Positions 52,641-63,900 of a stretch of DNA of 64,000 nt are shown here, one piece after another; position 1 is the stretch's first letter; each line of letters opens with the position of its first letter. Source of the DNA: Marsupella aquatica. Lineage: Eukaryota; Plantae; Marchantiophyta. The notes under the pieces are model-generated. The model made no database searches and was not told where the DNA came from. It saw nothing but the letters and a program-made list of their open reading frames with translations. The position numbers were made by a program, and so were the translations under genes. The DNA lies in NCBI GenBank assembly GCA_973895155.1, contig OZ316893.1:11672359-11736358 (forward strand). Direction: 5' to 3'.

Positions 52641-53313
52641 GCAGTATTTAGTTAAACATAGGCCTACTACTCCCTACCATCCAAAGGCAAACGGGTTGAC
52701 AGAACGAGCAAACGGAATCATAGGAAAGATATTGAACAAGACAGTAGCTCAGAACAAACTCGATTGGGATGATAAATTGTTTGCTGCTGTTTTTGCTTAC
52801 AATCTTGCCTATAAATCCACTACCGGTCATACACCCTTCTTCTTAACCTTTGGACAAGAAGCCCTGGTACCCATGCAACTTGAGATACCGACATTTCAAG
52901 TTACAATTGAGGAAAGAGCCTCAGCGGAGGAGAGCCTAAAGGAGCGAGAATATAGGTTAGAAGCTTTAGAGGAAGCGAGAATGATTTCAGCCGAGAGAGT
53001 AGAATATAGACAGAATATCATGAAGCAGCAGTATGATAAAAGGTTAAAAGTAGTTAGTATTCATACCGGTGATCTTGTGCTACTTTATGACAGTAGGTAT
53101 AGTAGGTTTCCAGGAAAGCTTTACACTCGCTGGTTAGGACCCTTTAGAGTAACCATGATGTTCCCCAATGGCTCCGTACAATTGGCCAACATTACGGGAG
53201 AGGTATATCCAGTTCGCATCCATTATGACCGCCTCAAGAAATACTATATGGACGAAGATGAAGTTGTTCGCGAGGACGCTTCACAATTAAGTGGGGAGCT
53301 ATGTGATGCCTAG
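52641..53313 (+). CDS. Ty3/gypsy integrase C-terminal fragment (upstream, 5'-truncated copy)
   Basis: HRPTTPYHPKANGLTERAN (catalytic E region), AYKSTTGHTPFFLTFG, GDLVLLY..PGKLYTRWLGPF (GPF motif). 52641-53146 matches 63495-64000 with 2 mismatches by eye. Confidence 0.9.
53289..53301 (+). other. Polypurine tract
   Basis: ...TCGCGAGGACGCTTCACAATTAAGTGGGGAGCTA|TGTGATG has the GAGGAC...AAG.GGGGAG..|TG layout typical of gypsy 3' ends, at the end of the integrase ORF. Confidence 0.7.
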
Positions 53314-56300
53314 ACAAGAATCACTCGGCCGGTTAAGTGGGTAAAGCAGGAAGGCACCCTAGGAACACCTTAGTATAAGGACAAAACAAGGAAAATATAA
53401 ACAATTAGGGGCAACCATGGAACCCGGGCAGAGGCCGGAGGTAAGGCTGAGGGTGAAAACCCGATTAGGGTTAGGGCGCGTTAAGCGTCGGCGGCTAGGA
53501 AGGATCAACGGGAAGAAGGACCGGCAGAGGAGAGGGGTAAGGAGCGCTTGCAGGAGATGGTGGCTCATTTGCGAGCACGAACTAGGCAGACGACTACGGG
53601 AGGCCAACTACTGTCAGCTGCTTAGGCAAGCACTCGGGGAGAGAGTTGATACCGACGATCGACCTAAGGAGGGTATGAGCAACGTCAATCAAGCGGCACA
53701 TTTCTGGGGATGCCTGTTCGAACGGGCAACTGAGTACATCAAGACTTACGAGGACGAGGAGTCAGAAAGGGCAGCTCGAGAACGGCAGGAGCTCGCTCGA
53801 TTGTGGGAGCTGCAGAAGACGGCTTTCTTAGGAGGCGAACTCATCAAGGACGAGTTCCTGTGGACGCCTACTTCCAATCAACTCGACGATCTTCTATTTT
53901 GCAAAGACAGCGTCGTCGGCATCCGAGAGGCCATCAAGAACTGCAACGACATACACTGGGAATTAAAGGGTAGCACGGAAAGGTGGACCCAGGCAACGGT
54001 GCTAGGAGAAACCTCCACGGCAGCAGAGATGAAGAGGAAGGGGGCCGTCAACGATGAAGCCACCCCGACAAAAAGAATGAGGTCGGCGGCACCAAAGAGG
54101 CCAGCCGAGCAGCAGAGCAGGAGGCAGGGAGAAGCCGAAGAGGAGGAGGTCGATCCCATCAAGGCCATTCCAACCAGGGATGACACCTGGAAGGGCTGGG
54201 CGGCAACCCTACCGGTGGAGGTGCAACTACATTTTGCACGGGAGGAGGATGCATGCTTTACGGCCATGCAGACCAAGAAGTACCAAGGCTTCATGGCCGG
54301 ATCCGGCTTGGAGGCCTTTGTAAGATTACCATGGCTGAAGCCGGAGGTACCGGAGTCAGACCTATTAGAATTCGTGGGGTCATGGGAACCCGAGACCAAT
54401 TGCACGAGGATATATGGGAAGGATTTCTATCTTACTCCCAAGGTAATTGCCGAAGTGTTTGGCTTGCCGATAGGCAATAAGACCAAAGTTGATACCAGGA
54501 AGACCTTGCCTGACAAGGAGTTCCGGTCGTTCCCAGGGCCATCAACGAAGAATGGCTTCTTCCGGAACACCTGCACCAACCCGCACATAGGAGAGATGAT
54601 CGACTTCTTGCGGGTGACCATGCATTGTAACTTGCCGAGGGCAGAGATCGGCAAGGCACAGGTCTATCTGGCAGAAAGGCCAGACCCAAGCCGGGACTAC
54701 AATGGGTACCTCCTCAACCAATTGAAGAAGATCTTAAAGGAGGAGCAGCAGGTAATCGGCATGGGGAGGTGTCGCGGCTTGGCTATCACATGCCGCTGTT
54801 GTGCCGGTATGCCAGAGGTCATACTTTTGCCCCGGTACTTCCCCTGCAGGTAAGGGCACCCGAGGAAGCTCCAACGCCGAGGCCGTTGGCTGAGAAGCCT
54901 CAACCACCTGTTAGTCCTACGATCGAGCAGGTGTTTAGGCCCAGGAAGGAAGACTTGCCGATGCAGCAACCAGGCATGCAGAGTCTGCTGAAACTACTGG
55001 AGAAAGAAAAGAAATCGGCATCGGCAACAACAACGGCAACGACAACAATGCAGGACACTACTACAGAGGTAGGCCTACACTGGCTCACAAGAGAAAACCC
55101 CTTTGCTGGAGACAAGGAGAGAATCAGGCCGGAATCCAAGCCAGGTGTTCGAATGTACGTGGGAACCTCAAGCTCCGAATCTGAGGCAAAATTGCCTGAA
55201 GCTCCTACCGACGAAGAGGAGAGGGAGAAGCCGGACGTCCAAGAGGTAGAAGAGGCAGTGGAGGACTGCAGCCATGATAATTCCGGCTATGGGTCGGACC
55301 ATCACGTTCCAGGAGTAAGGACCTGTGGCCGGTTTGTCCCCACACTTCCAAGGGTAGTGCGAGGGGACCCCAACCAGCAGAGTAGCCCTGAGTCTCCCCC
55401 ACCAGATGTTGCTCCCCCGAGCTTCGACGGCATAAAACAGACGGTGCAGGAATTTCAGGAGCGAATCAGGCAGGAGGAGGAGGTCGCCCTGGCTAAGGAA
55501 AAGGATTTACCAGGAGGAGATTGGCCGGAGGACATCAGGCGGCTAGCCGAAAAAGGAAGCACACCTCTAGCCACGATTGAAGAGATCCGCAGGACGGCTT
55601 GGGAGCAGAGGCCACGATGGGCGATGCCGATCACTTCTACTTACTCCACCTACGCTAAGAATAGAGCCATGGAGTATGGTGAGATGTGTGGGGAACTTGC
55701 GCTCGGCATCTTTGGAGAGGAGTTGGAGATAGGACCCTTTTTCCATAGGGAGCAGTTGGAGAAGCACCAATTAGAAGAAGCGGTGGCTTTAGAGAGAAGC
55801 AAGAAGGACGAGGTCATTCGGCGGCTTAGGAGGATGGAAGCCGAGATTGAAGATCTAAGGGCGGCCAAGAAAGCCCAAGATGAACTGCGGATTAAACGAC
55901 ATGAGCTGAACATCATGCAGGGGCAGTTGGACACCGCGCAGGCTGATAATCAGAATATCAAGGATAAACTGACTCAGACGCAGGAAGAGTTGGCCGACAC
56001 AATCAAAGAGAGGGAGAAGTGGAAGCAAGAGCTGAAGAATACAGAGGAGGCCCACATAACAGCCAACAGCCGGGCCATGGCGGAGACCCAAAGAAAGGAA
56101 TGGGCGTTGAAAGGGGAGCTCGAGAAAATCCGCGGAGCCCTTGAGCAGAAGGAGGTCGAGTTAGGGAAATCCTATCAAGGGATTATGGCGCTGCAGTAGG
56201 AGCTTGCGTCCCTGACGGCCAGCTTCAAGGCCGACCTAAGGGAGAAGGACGAGATGCTCGAACAGACTTACGCCAAGATGAACCAGATAGAGTCTGTCAT

Positions 56301-57937
56301 CATTGCAGAGCTTGACAAGGAGCTAAGAGCAACCCAGGAGGAGAGGGCTACCTTGAAGAAGGAATTGGAGGAAGCCCACAGGGAGCAGGAGGAGGCCAAA
56401 AACGAGCTGGAGGGGGCACGTAAGGACCTGGATGAAACCCAAGAGGAGTTGGAGGAAATCACGAGGAAGATGGAGAACCTACAGCGGCGGGCCGACAACC
56501 AAACAGAGTGACTGAAGAAACAAGCCGCAGTATTTAAATGCTTAGCTGCAGCAGGTCCATCTCCCGTTGGGACAAACCAGTTACCAGGGGTGGTAATTGC
56601 CGAAGGACAAGCCGCGCCACCTGCACCAGTGCCGGAAGTAAGTGGGAAGGGGAAGGGACCAGCTGCCGAGCCACCAACAAAGAAGAAGCGGAAACCTTCA
56701 GGGTCAAGGAGTAATACAACTTCACAGGCCGTGGTGATCAAGGAGGTAGACCCAGCACCGACCCCAGACAGGGTCACGGCTAAGGATCCAACTACCCTAG
56801 GGGAAGGGGAGGCCGAAGCCGAGGGAGTGACTGAGGCCGAAGCCGTGGGTATTGCCGAGGCCGGTGTCGAGGCTGAAGCCGAAGGTGGACCCAGTCAGGC
56901 CGATGGAGAGTTGACTCGGTCAAGGGCAGGTAATCTGTCAGTAGGCGGGCCAACGGCAGTGGCTGAGGAGGAAGTGTTGGGGGCGTCCATTGAGGATCCA
57001 CCACCGGTGTCGTGACGGTGCAAGGGCGCCGTTCCTTTTAGGGAGGGCGGACGTGGAGGGAGGAGGCGTGAGTGGGTAGGGCAGGCGCGGATCTCCACGT
57101 TTAGGATTAGGATCAGAACCAGGAGCGGACCTGACACTTAGCTTAGTGGGATTGCGGTCCCACTGGTAGGAGCAACACTTGTGCTCCTGCCTTGCTGTAC
57201 ATAGGTAGATTCGGGCAAGTAGATTACTGTTAAGTAGATTAGGCTTACGATGCAAAGAATGGCGGATCCACTACCAGGATAAGTACCTGGGCAGCGGGGA
57301 GCTCAGGGCCTCTTCTTTAGCAAGTTTTTAGTTTGCACCAGCCGGGCTGGGATCAAGTAGTACGAGAAGCTCTCGGTTAGTCATACAGTGACCCTTGTGT
57401 ATATTCATGTTTCCTCATGCCTAAGAGCTGAATAGAGTTGGCCTCACGGCTTAGTTCGCAGAACTTGTGTATGAGATGTACTGTTTGTATGGCAAGTGCA
57501 TGGTATGACTCAGTCAGAATGAGTCATTTTGCTATTTGTGTGTCGCATTAACTTGTGTGAAGAGTGCCCACATCAACAGAAGGAAGGAAAGTAAGCAGGG
57601 GAGTGAGAGTTGGATGTGTCGAGCTGAGAGAGGTCTTAGCGGCTTAACCAAGCCTATTGGGGATCATTCCGGCGGCGGAATCCAAACATACCTAACAAGA
57701 AGACAGGGGAAGACAGGGGAAGACAGGGGAAGGCCTATATTAGGCCGGCTACGTATCTCATGACCCGATGAAGGATCTGTCCAGTATATGTGTGTAAAAT
57801 GTTAATAGTAGTAGTAGAAGGTTAGCAGCGTCCCATGCCGCTAAGCCGCGGAAACGGCCTCGCCAAGCACGAAACCTGCGGGAATCGGCTTGAGCTGGGG
57901 GGTTCCTTGGGTTTAGGGAGCCATGGGACGCACCACA
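53302..57937 (+). mobile_element. Putative 4.6-kb LTR shared between two tandem gypsy copies
   Basis: Begins TGTGATGC right after the PPT and ends GCACCACA (7/8 inverted match, TG...CA) 4 nt before the PBS. No second LTR copy is in the window, so the boundaries rest on the PPT, PBS and terminal IR. Confidence 0.65.
53417..57015 (+). pseudogene. Extra retrotransposon ORF (~1199 codons if repaired): Arg-rich N-terminus, plant-transposon-protein/PMD-like segment, long coiled coil, acidic tail
   Basis: ORFs 54769-56199, 56254-56511 and 56590-57015 share one frame, split by single TAG and TGA stops. ORF 53417-54853 joins them if one G is added in ATGGGGAGG near 54765. LLEFVGSW....RIYGKDFYLTPKVIAEVFGLP resembles the extra-ORF domains of plant LTR elements. 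E/K-rich heptads span about 55750-56510. Confidence 0.7.
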
Positions 57938-57941
57938 TTTT

Positions 57942-57958
57942 TGGCGCTAGATGGAGGG
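57942..57958 (+). other. Primer-binding site, probably for tRNA-Asn
   Basis: TGGCGCTAGATGGAGGG is complementary, with one mismatch, to the 3' end of plant cytosolic tRNA-Asn(GUU) as I recall it (...CCCUCCUUCUAGCGCCA). It lies about 50 bp before the gag ATG. Confidence 0.7.
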
Positions 57959-58006
57959 GGCATTTCTTAAGCCGTGACATATGAAGTTAGAACGGAAGCA
58001 TAGGTA

Positions 58007-59866
58007 ATGACTGACCTTACGCCGAGGGAAGAAAGAGTGATTCAACGGGAGAGAGCTCGACTGCAGCAGCTCGCCGGGTGGCATGATACACAGCGACTGA
58101 GAGGGGCAGAAAGAGCTGGTAGCTCCGAAACTGGAAGTGGCGTCGAAGAAGACATACCAGAAGAAGAGTCGGTAAGGAGAAGTGAGTCTCCAACCGACAT
58201 GGGGGAACCAGAGGCACGGCCAGACGAGAGGCCAGGGACCAGATTGAGCCAGCGGTCGCGCATACATTACAAGACATTTCATGGGAGAGGAGATGAGGAT
58301 CCGGACGAATGGTTGGATGATTTCGAGGGAACCGCTGCAGCAAATGGAGAATCGGCCATCAAGATGCAGATTCTTCCCGGCCTGTTCAAGGGTGAGGCTA
58401 GGCCTTGGTACAGAGCATTAGATGTGGAAGATCAAGCCATCTGGGATATCTTCAAAACACTCTTTGTTAAGGAGTTTCGACCCATTGGAACTTCAGAACT
58501 AGCAGTGCTGAAGTTGGGACAACTTCGGTTCAAGGAGAACAAATCCTTCAGGAAGTTCTTGCAACGCTTTCAGAAACTGGTAAGACGTACAAAGACCAAT
58601 GCATCTGAAGGTATGCAACTTCAATGGTTGGTGAATGTTTTGCCACAGAAGATGAGTTTTGCAATTAGGAAGGAGAACCCGGAGACTTTAGCCGAAGCAA
58701 TTAAGGATATTCAATTATACATTAATGCAGATATCACAAGCCGGAAGAAACAGCTTAAGTCTGAGAGTTCCTCATCAGAGGAGGGATCACCCCATAAGAA
58801 AAAAGATAAGAAGAAGAAACATCCCAAGAAGTCTAGAAGTGATAAGTCAAGCTCGGATAGTGGGAGTAGCAAGAGTGAGTCATCTTCTAGTTCTGAAGAA
58901 GAAAAAACTAGGAAAAGGAAGGGCAGAAGGAGAGGGAAGACGAAAGTCAAGATGGAGGCTAAGCCACCAGATAACATCGTAGCCCTTACCGAGCAACTTA
59001 AGGCTATCATTGCAGAGGTAAAACCAAAGAAGAAGGTAGTACAGGAAGATAGCTCTGTATGGTGTGCCTTATGTTATAAAACCGGACACCATAAAGATGC
59101 GTGTCCTAAGCTTAATACTAATCATGTTCGGCATGTGGCCGAGATCAGACCATGTCAGGGAGAAGTAGAGTACTTTTTGGGAGATGCCGCTGATAGTGTT
59201 TTCGGCATCAGTGAGACTGGAGCACGAGACCTATCCAACAAACCTGCATCTCTGTGGTCAGGGTTAAGGAACAATCCAGGAGAGATGTATCCTCGGATTA
59301 TTCAGAACCCGTCAGTACCTCCTAGGCCGAATGTGCAAAGATTTGCGGCGTGCTATAATTGTGGTCAACCTGGCCATTTTGCTAGAGAATGCCCGAATGC
59401 ACGCAAACAGGGTGATGGACAACCAGCTCAGCTATGTATGGGATGCCGACAGGAAGGTCATATGCTAGGGCAATGTCCTACTTGGTTGGCAGGCCTGGCC
59501 GCAAATCATAAGCTTTTGCCGATCTTACCGCCAGGTACTACCCCCGGAGGAGTTCAAATCAACCACATCGAACTAGGATGGCAAGAGGATGCCGAGGCAG
59601 AGTTCGTACCATCTGATGATGAGGCCGAAGCCCTATCAACCTTCTCAGAGGAGGATTTAGATCATGATTGCTACCGGGTCTCTACTCGATCTACCAGAAG
59701 GAAGGAAAGGTGGGATGGGCTGGCCAAAAATAAAGGGAAGGTTACGGAGGAAAGGATCGACTCTTCGTCAACATCAACAGAAGGAGAAGGGAGGGCTCCG
59801 GCAATACAGGTAAGCCATGAGCCCACCAGTGAAACCAATCCTTCACAAGATAGCGACTTCAAATGA
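58007..59866 (+). CDS. gag: Ty3/gypsy Gag with three CCHC zinc knuckles
   Basis: FHGRGDEDPDEWLDDFE..LFKGEARPWY..WDIFKTLFVKEF (retrotransposon gag). Knuckles: CALCYKTGHHKDAC, CYNCGQPGHFAREC, CMGCRQEGHMLGQC. Confidence 0.9.
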   Translation: MTDLTPREERVIQRERARLQQLAGWHDTQRLRGAERAGSSETGSGVEEDIPEEESVRRSESPTDMGEPEARPDERPGTRLSQRSRIHYKTFHGRGDEDPDEWLDDFEGTAAANGESAIKMQILPGLFKGEARPWYRALDVEDQAIWDIFKTLFVKEFRPIGTSELAVLKLGQLRFKENKSFRKFLQRFQKLVRRTKTNASEGMQLQWLVNVLPQKMSFAIRKENPETLAEAIKDIQLYINADITSRKKQLKSESSSSEEGSPHKKKDKKKKHPKKSRSDKSSSDSGSSKSESSSSSEEEKTRKRKGRRRGKTKVKMEAKPPDNIVALTEQLKAIIAEVKPKKKVVQEDSSVWCALCYKTGHHKDACPKLNTNHVRHVAEIRPCQGEVEYFLGDAADSVFGISETGARDLSNKPASLWSGLRNNPGEMYPRIIQNPSVPPRPNVQRFAACYNCGQPGHFARECPNARKQGDGQPAQLCMGCRQEGHMLGQCPTWLAGLAANHKLLPILPPGTTPGGVQINHIELGWQEDAEAEFVPSDDEAEALSTFSEEDLDHDCYRVSTRSTRRKERWDGLAKNKGKVTEERIDSSSTSTEGEGRAPAIQVSHEPTSETNPSQDSDFK

Positions 59867-59878
59867 GATCATCCTAAG

Positions 59879-60994
59879 TTGTTCTACCCCTCTGTTACGG
59901 CTAGTGTTAAGGAACAACTAAGAGAATTAGAAACCCTGGAGAATACCGAAGCCATTGCCAAGGATGTAAAACGAGCAAAAGCATTGTTTGCTTCGGAAGA
60001 CCCAACAGTTGTGGAGACTAGCGTGGCAAAACTGGCCGAATCCAAGACGGAAACACCACCAGAAGAGAAGCCGATTGTTCCCTATGACCTGGCTAAAGAT
60101 GTACTAGAATCTAGAGTCTCGGCAACAGTAGGTCAACTATTGAAAAATAGCCCGTACTTCCGGAAGCAATTAAGGAAGGCTATTCTTGGCAAGCCAAGAT
60201 TACCCAAGGTAGCAACCAGATCCGACGTACTAATGATAGAAGAAGATCAAGGAGCCCCAGCATTACCATTAATGATTCAAGGAGAATTATTACTACGGGT
60301 ACCCATCGATGGAGGATCAGGGGTATGTATTATGATTGATTCAACAGCAAAAGGGTGGGGTCTAACACCGGAGATGACTGGAAGAGTGTTGAACATGGCC
60401 AATGGATATCAGGTCGTTCCGACGGGAGTGTTAACCGGCATCAAGACAGAGATAGGAGGTATCTTCTTTAGCATTAACTATGTAGTAATGAAGCCGGTAA
60501 ATCCTACGTCATTCCGGCTATTGATTGGTAGGCCATGGCTGTACCTAGCCGAGGTAATAGAAGATTGGGGTAAAAAGCAGTTCACTTTCGGGACCCCCTC
60601 TATCACGGTATCCTGGGACACTAAGGATGACCGTAGGAAAAGCATAAGGGAAGTAGATGGGTACGATAGTGGACTGGAGTCAGCCGATGAAGTACGTTGG
60701 TTAGAATGCCTCACTAACCTAACCGAAGAAGGTGTCTTTGGACCAGAGGTACCCCCCAGCGGATTATGGCAAGAACCAATGGAAGGTGACTTGGAAGAAG
60801 AAGACGAAGAGGTCGAGGACTGCTTTACAATAGAATCCACCTTTTTAGCTGCAATTCCGGAGGAAGTAAAGGATGTAGACCAATTGGATGAAACGGCTAA
60901 GTGGGGAGCAGTAGCAGGGACAGTGGATTTTCTGCAGGCGTTGTGGCAGAGCCGACGGGGTCCACAACGCCATCGATCATCGGCAAGGAATTAA
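59879..60994 (+). CDS. Gypsy aspartic protease region (same frame as gag, after a TGA)
   Basis: VPIDGGSGVCIM (D[S/T/G]G active-site type), MANG..V.PTG, LLIGRPWL. Confidence 0.8.
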   Translation: MFYPSVTASVKEQLRELETLENTEAIAKDVKRAKALFASEDPTVVETSVAKLAESKTETPPEEKPIVPYDLAKDVLESRVSATVGQLLKNSPYFRKQLRKAILGKPRLPKVATRSDVLMIEEDQGAPALPLMIQGELLLRVPIDGGSGVCIMIDSTAKGWGLTPEMTGRVLNMANGYQVVPTGVLTGIKTEIGGIFFSINYVVMKPVNPTSFRLLIGRPWLYLAEVIEDWGKKQFTFGTPSITVSWDTKDDRRKSIREVDGYDSGLESADEVRWLECLTNLTEEGVFGPEVPPSGLWQEPMEGDLEEEDEEVEDCFTIESTFLAAIPEEVKDVDQLDETAKWGAVAGTVDFLQALWQSRRGPQRHRSSARN

Positions 60995-63900
60995 ATACCA
61001 AGGGATCGGCATACAAGCCGATTACGAGGGCAGAACAAATTGAGGCCCTATTAGAAGCCGAGAGAGCACAGCGGCCTAACTCTCAGGAGCAAGAAGTGGA
61101 TGAGATGGACAGACACGATCCAGAGCCAAGGCAGGAAGGGGAGCCGACCACTAATTCAAAACCGAATAAACCGGTAAGGGGACAATCTATGGACACCAAG
61201 GAAGGGACCGACTCGGCTAGTCCAGCCGAGATCCCAGTTTATGGAGGTATGAGATTAGAAAGACTGGAAGCCGAACTGGACCCGAATTTGAAGAAGCAGA
61301 TTAATATGATCCAAGCACGGCAATATCGGAAGCTCGACTTAGGAGAGGGAAGAGAACTGAACTTAGGGAGAAACCTAGCACCTGAGCTCGAGAAAGAGAT
61401 CAGTGACTTATTGATTGAATTTCAGGATGTGTTTGCATGGAGTCACCAAGATCTAAAGGGAGTAGATCCAACACTAGGGGAACATCGAATTGATCTCATG
61501 TTAGGAGCCAAATCATTTCGACAACCAATTCGAAGGATGAACCCGAAGTATTCCCTGCTGGTCAAAACAGAAATCGACAAACTAGTGGAAGCTGGATTCA
61601 TCACTCCAGTCCTGCATTCAGACTGGGTGTCTCCAATTGTGATAGTTCCGAAGAAAGCTGGACCCGATGGTAAACCCAAGATCCGGGTTTGTCAGGATTA
61701 CAAGAAGCTGAATGAAGCAACATTAAAAGACCATTTTCCTTTACCGTTTACTGATATGGTACTAGACATGGTAGCCAGTCATGAACTATATTCATTCATG
61801 GATGGATACTCTGGTTATAACCAAATCAGGATTCGGCAGGAAGACCAAATCAAGACGGCCTTCATCACGGAATGGGGGATCTATGTCTTCAATCGTATGC
61901 CGTTTGGACTCTGCAACGCACCAGCTATGTTCCAACGATTAATGGTGAACATTTTTCATGATTACTTGAGAAAGTTCATGGAAATCTTCATTGATGACTT
62001 TGCAGTATTCGGGAAGGCATCAAAACATGCTAAATACCTCAGGAAAACCTTCATGAGATGTAGAGAGGTGGGTCTCAAGTTACACCCAGATAAATGTTTT
62101 TTTGCAGTAACCGAGGGGGTGCTACTAGGTCACAAGGTATCAAGGAAGGGCATTGAGATTGACAAAGGTAAGCTAGCAGTATGGCTAGATATCATGCAAC
62201 CTAAGAACATAAAGGATGTAAGATCCTTCTTGGGATGCATTGGTTACTATCGCCGGTTCATCAAGGATTTTGCCAAGCTGGCTTTACCATTAACCAATAT
62301 GCTCAAGGCAGGAGCAGACTTCGAACCCACACCCGAACGAGTCACAGCGGTGGTAGAATTGAAGCAGATGTTAGTAGAGGCCCCAGTCATGATAGCACCG
62401 GACTGGAACAAAGATTTTCATGTTTTTGTAGATGTCTCGGGCTTCTGTATTGGCTCAGTACTAAGTCAGTTGGATGAGAAAGGAAGGGACCATCCCATAT
62501 ACTTCGCAAGCCGTCAGCTTGCCGATGCCGAACGGAACTACTCTACCACGGAAAGAGAAGCATTAGGAGTCATTTATTCTTGTAAAAAGTTTAGGCATTA
62601 TTTACTAGGGTACAAGGTAATCTTTCATACTGATCATGAAAGTTTGAAGTACCTAGTCAATAAGCCGGACCTTACAGGCAGAGTAGCAAGATGGATTTTG
62701 CTATTACAGGAGTTTGACTATGAGCTGAGGATCAAGCCGGGAAAGTTACATGCCAATGCCGACTTCTTTTCAAGGATCACAGGTAAACCTGCCACGGATT
62801 GCATCGATGATCGATTCCCCGACGAGGAGCTATTCGTTGTGGAAATAGCTGGTACATGGTACCCTGAGATTTTACAATTTCTCAGCACTTCCAGATTACA
62901 GCCAGGATTAAGCCGAGAGCAAGCCGCAGTCTTTGTGCGGAAGGTCAGACAGTATCAGTGCATTAAAGGCATACTGCACAAGCATGGAATCAACGACACG
63001 ATTCAAAGATGTTTGGAAAAGAGAGAGGTAAAACGAGTCCTACGGGCCATGCATGGAGAGGAGGCCGGAGGACATTTTGCCCCAGTAACCACGTCTAAGA
63101 AGATATTAAATGCCGGTTACTGGTGGCCCACCTTGCACAAAGATGTCTATCAGTTTATCAAACAATGCGATCCTTGTCAACGAGCGGGAGGACCAAGGGC
63201 GTCCACCAGGCATCCACTGCACCCTATTCTACCTTTGGCACCATTTGAGAAGTGGGGTATTGATTACATTGGACCTCTGAAACCACTGACCCACCCTCGA
63301 CGGAACAAGTACATAATCCTGGCTACGGATTATGCAACTAAATGGGTAGAGGCCAGACCAACAACGAAGGATGATGCAATTACTACGGCTAGATTCATGT
63401 ATGAGCAGATCTTCACCAGGTATGGAGCACCCCTAGAATTAGTTAGTGATAGAGGAACCCATTTTTTGAATGATATAATTAGTCGTTTAAATGAGCAGTA
63501 TTTAGTTAAACATAGGCCTACTACTCCCTACCATCCAAAGGCAAACGGGTTGACAGAACGAGCAAACGGAATCATAGGAAAGATATTGAACAAGACAGTA
63601 GCTCAGAACAAACTCGATTGGGATGATAAATTGTTTGCTGCTGTTTTTGCTTACAATCTTGCCTATAAATCCACTACTGGTCATACACCCTTCTTCTTAA
63701 CCTTTGGACAAGAAGCCCTGGTACCCATGCAACTTGAGATACCGACATTTCAAGTTACAATTGAGGAAAGAGCCTCAGCGGAGGAGAGCCTAAAGGAGCG
63801 AGAATATAGGTTAGAAGCTTTAGAGGAAGCGAGAATGATTTCAGCCGAGAGAGTAGAATATAGACAGAATATCATGAAGCAGCAGTATGATAAAAGGTTA

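Noticed and set aside
53878-57255. Antisense ORFs over the LTR-embedded gene (e.g. 53878-54405, 56268-56777)
   Set aside because: Ser/Leu/Phe-rich shadows of the E/K-rich sense frame.
57836-57892. Twister- or hammerhead-like ribozyme in the U5 hairpin
   Set aside because: Some twister-like words are present (TAA, CCAAGC, CCGC/GCGG), but the pseudoknot partners are missing and there is no CTGATGA...GAAA core.
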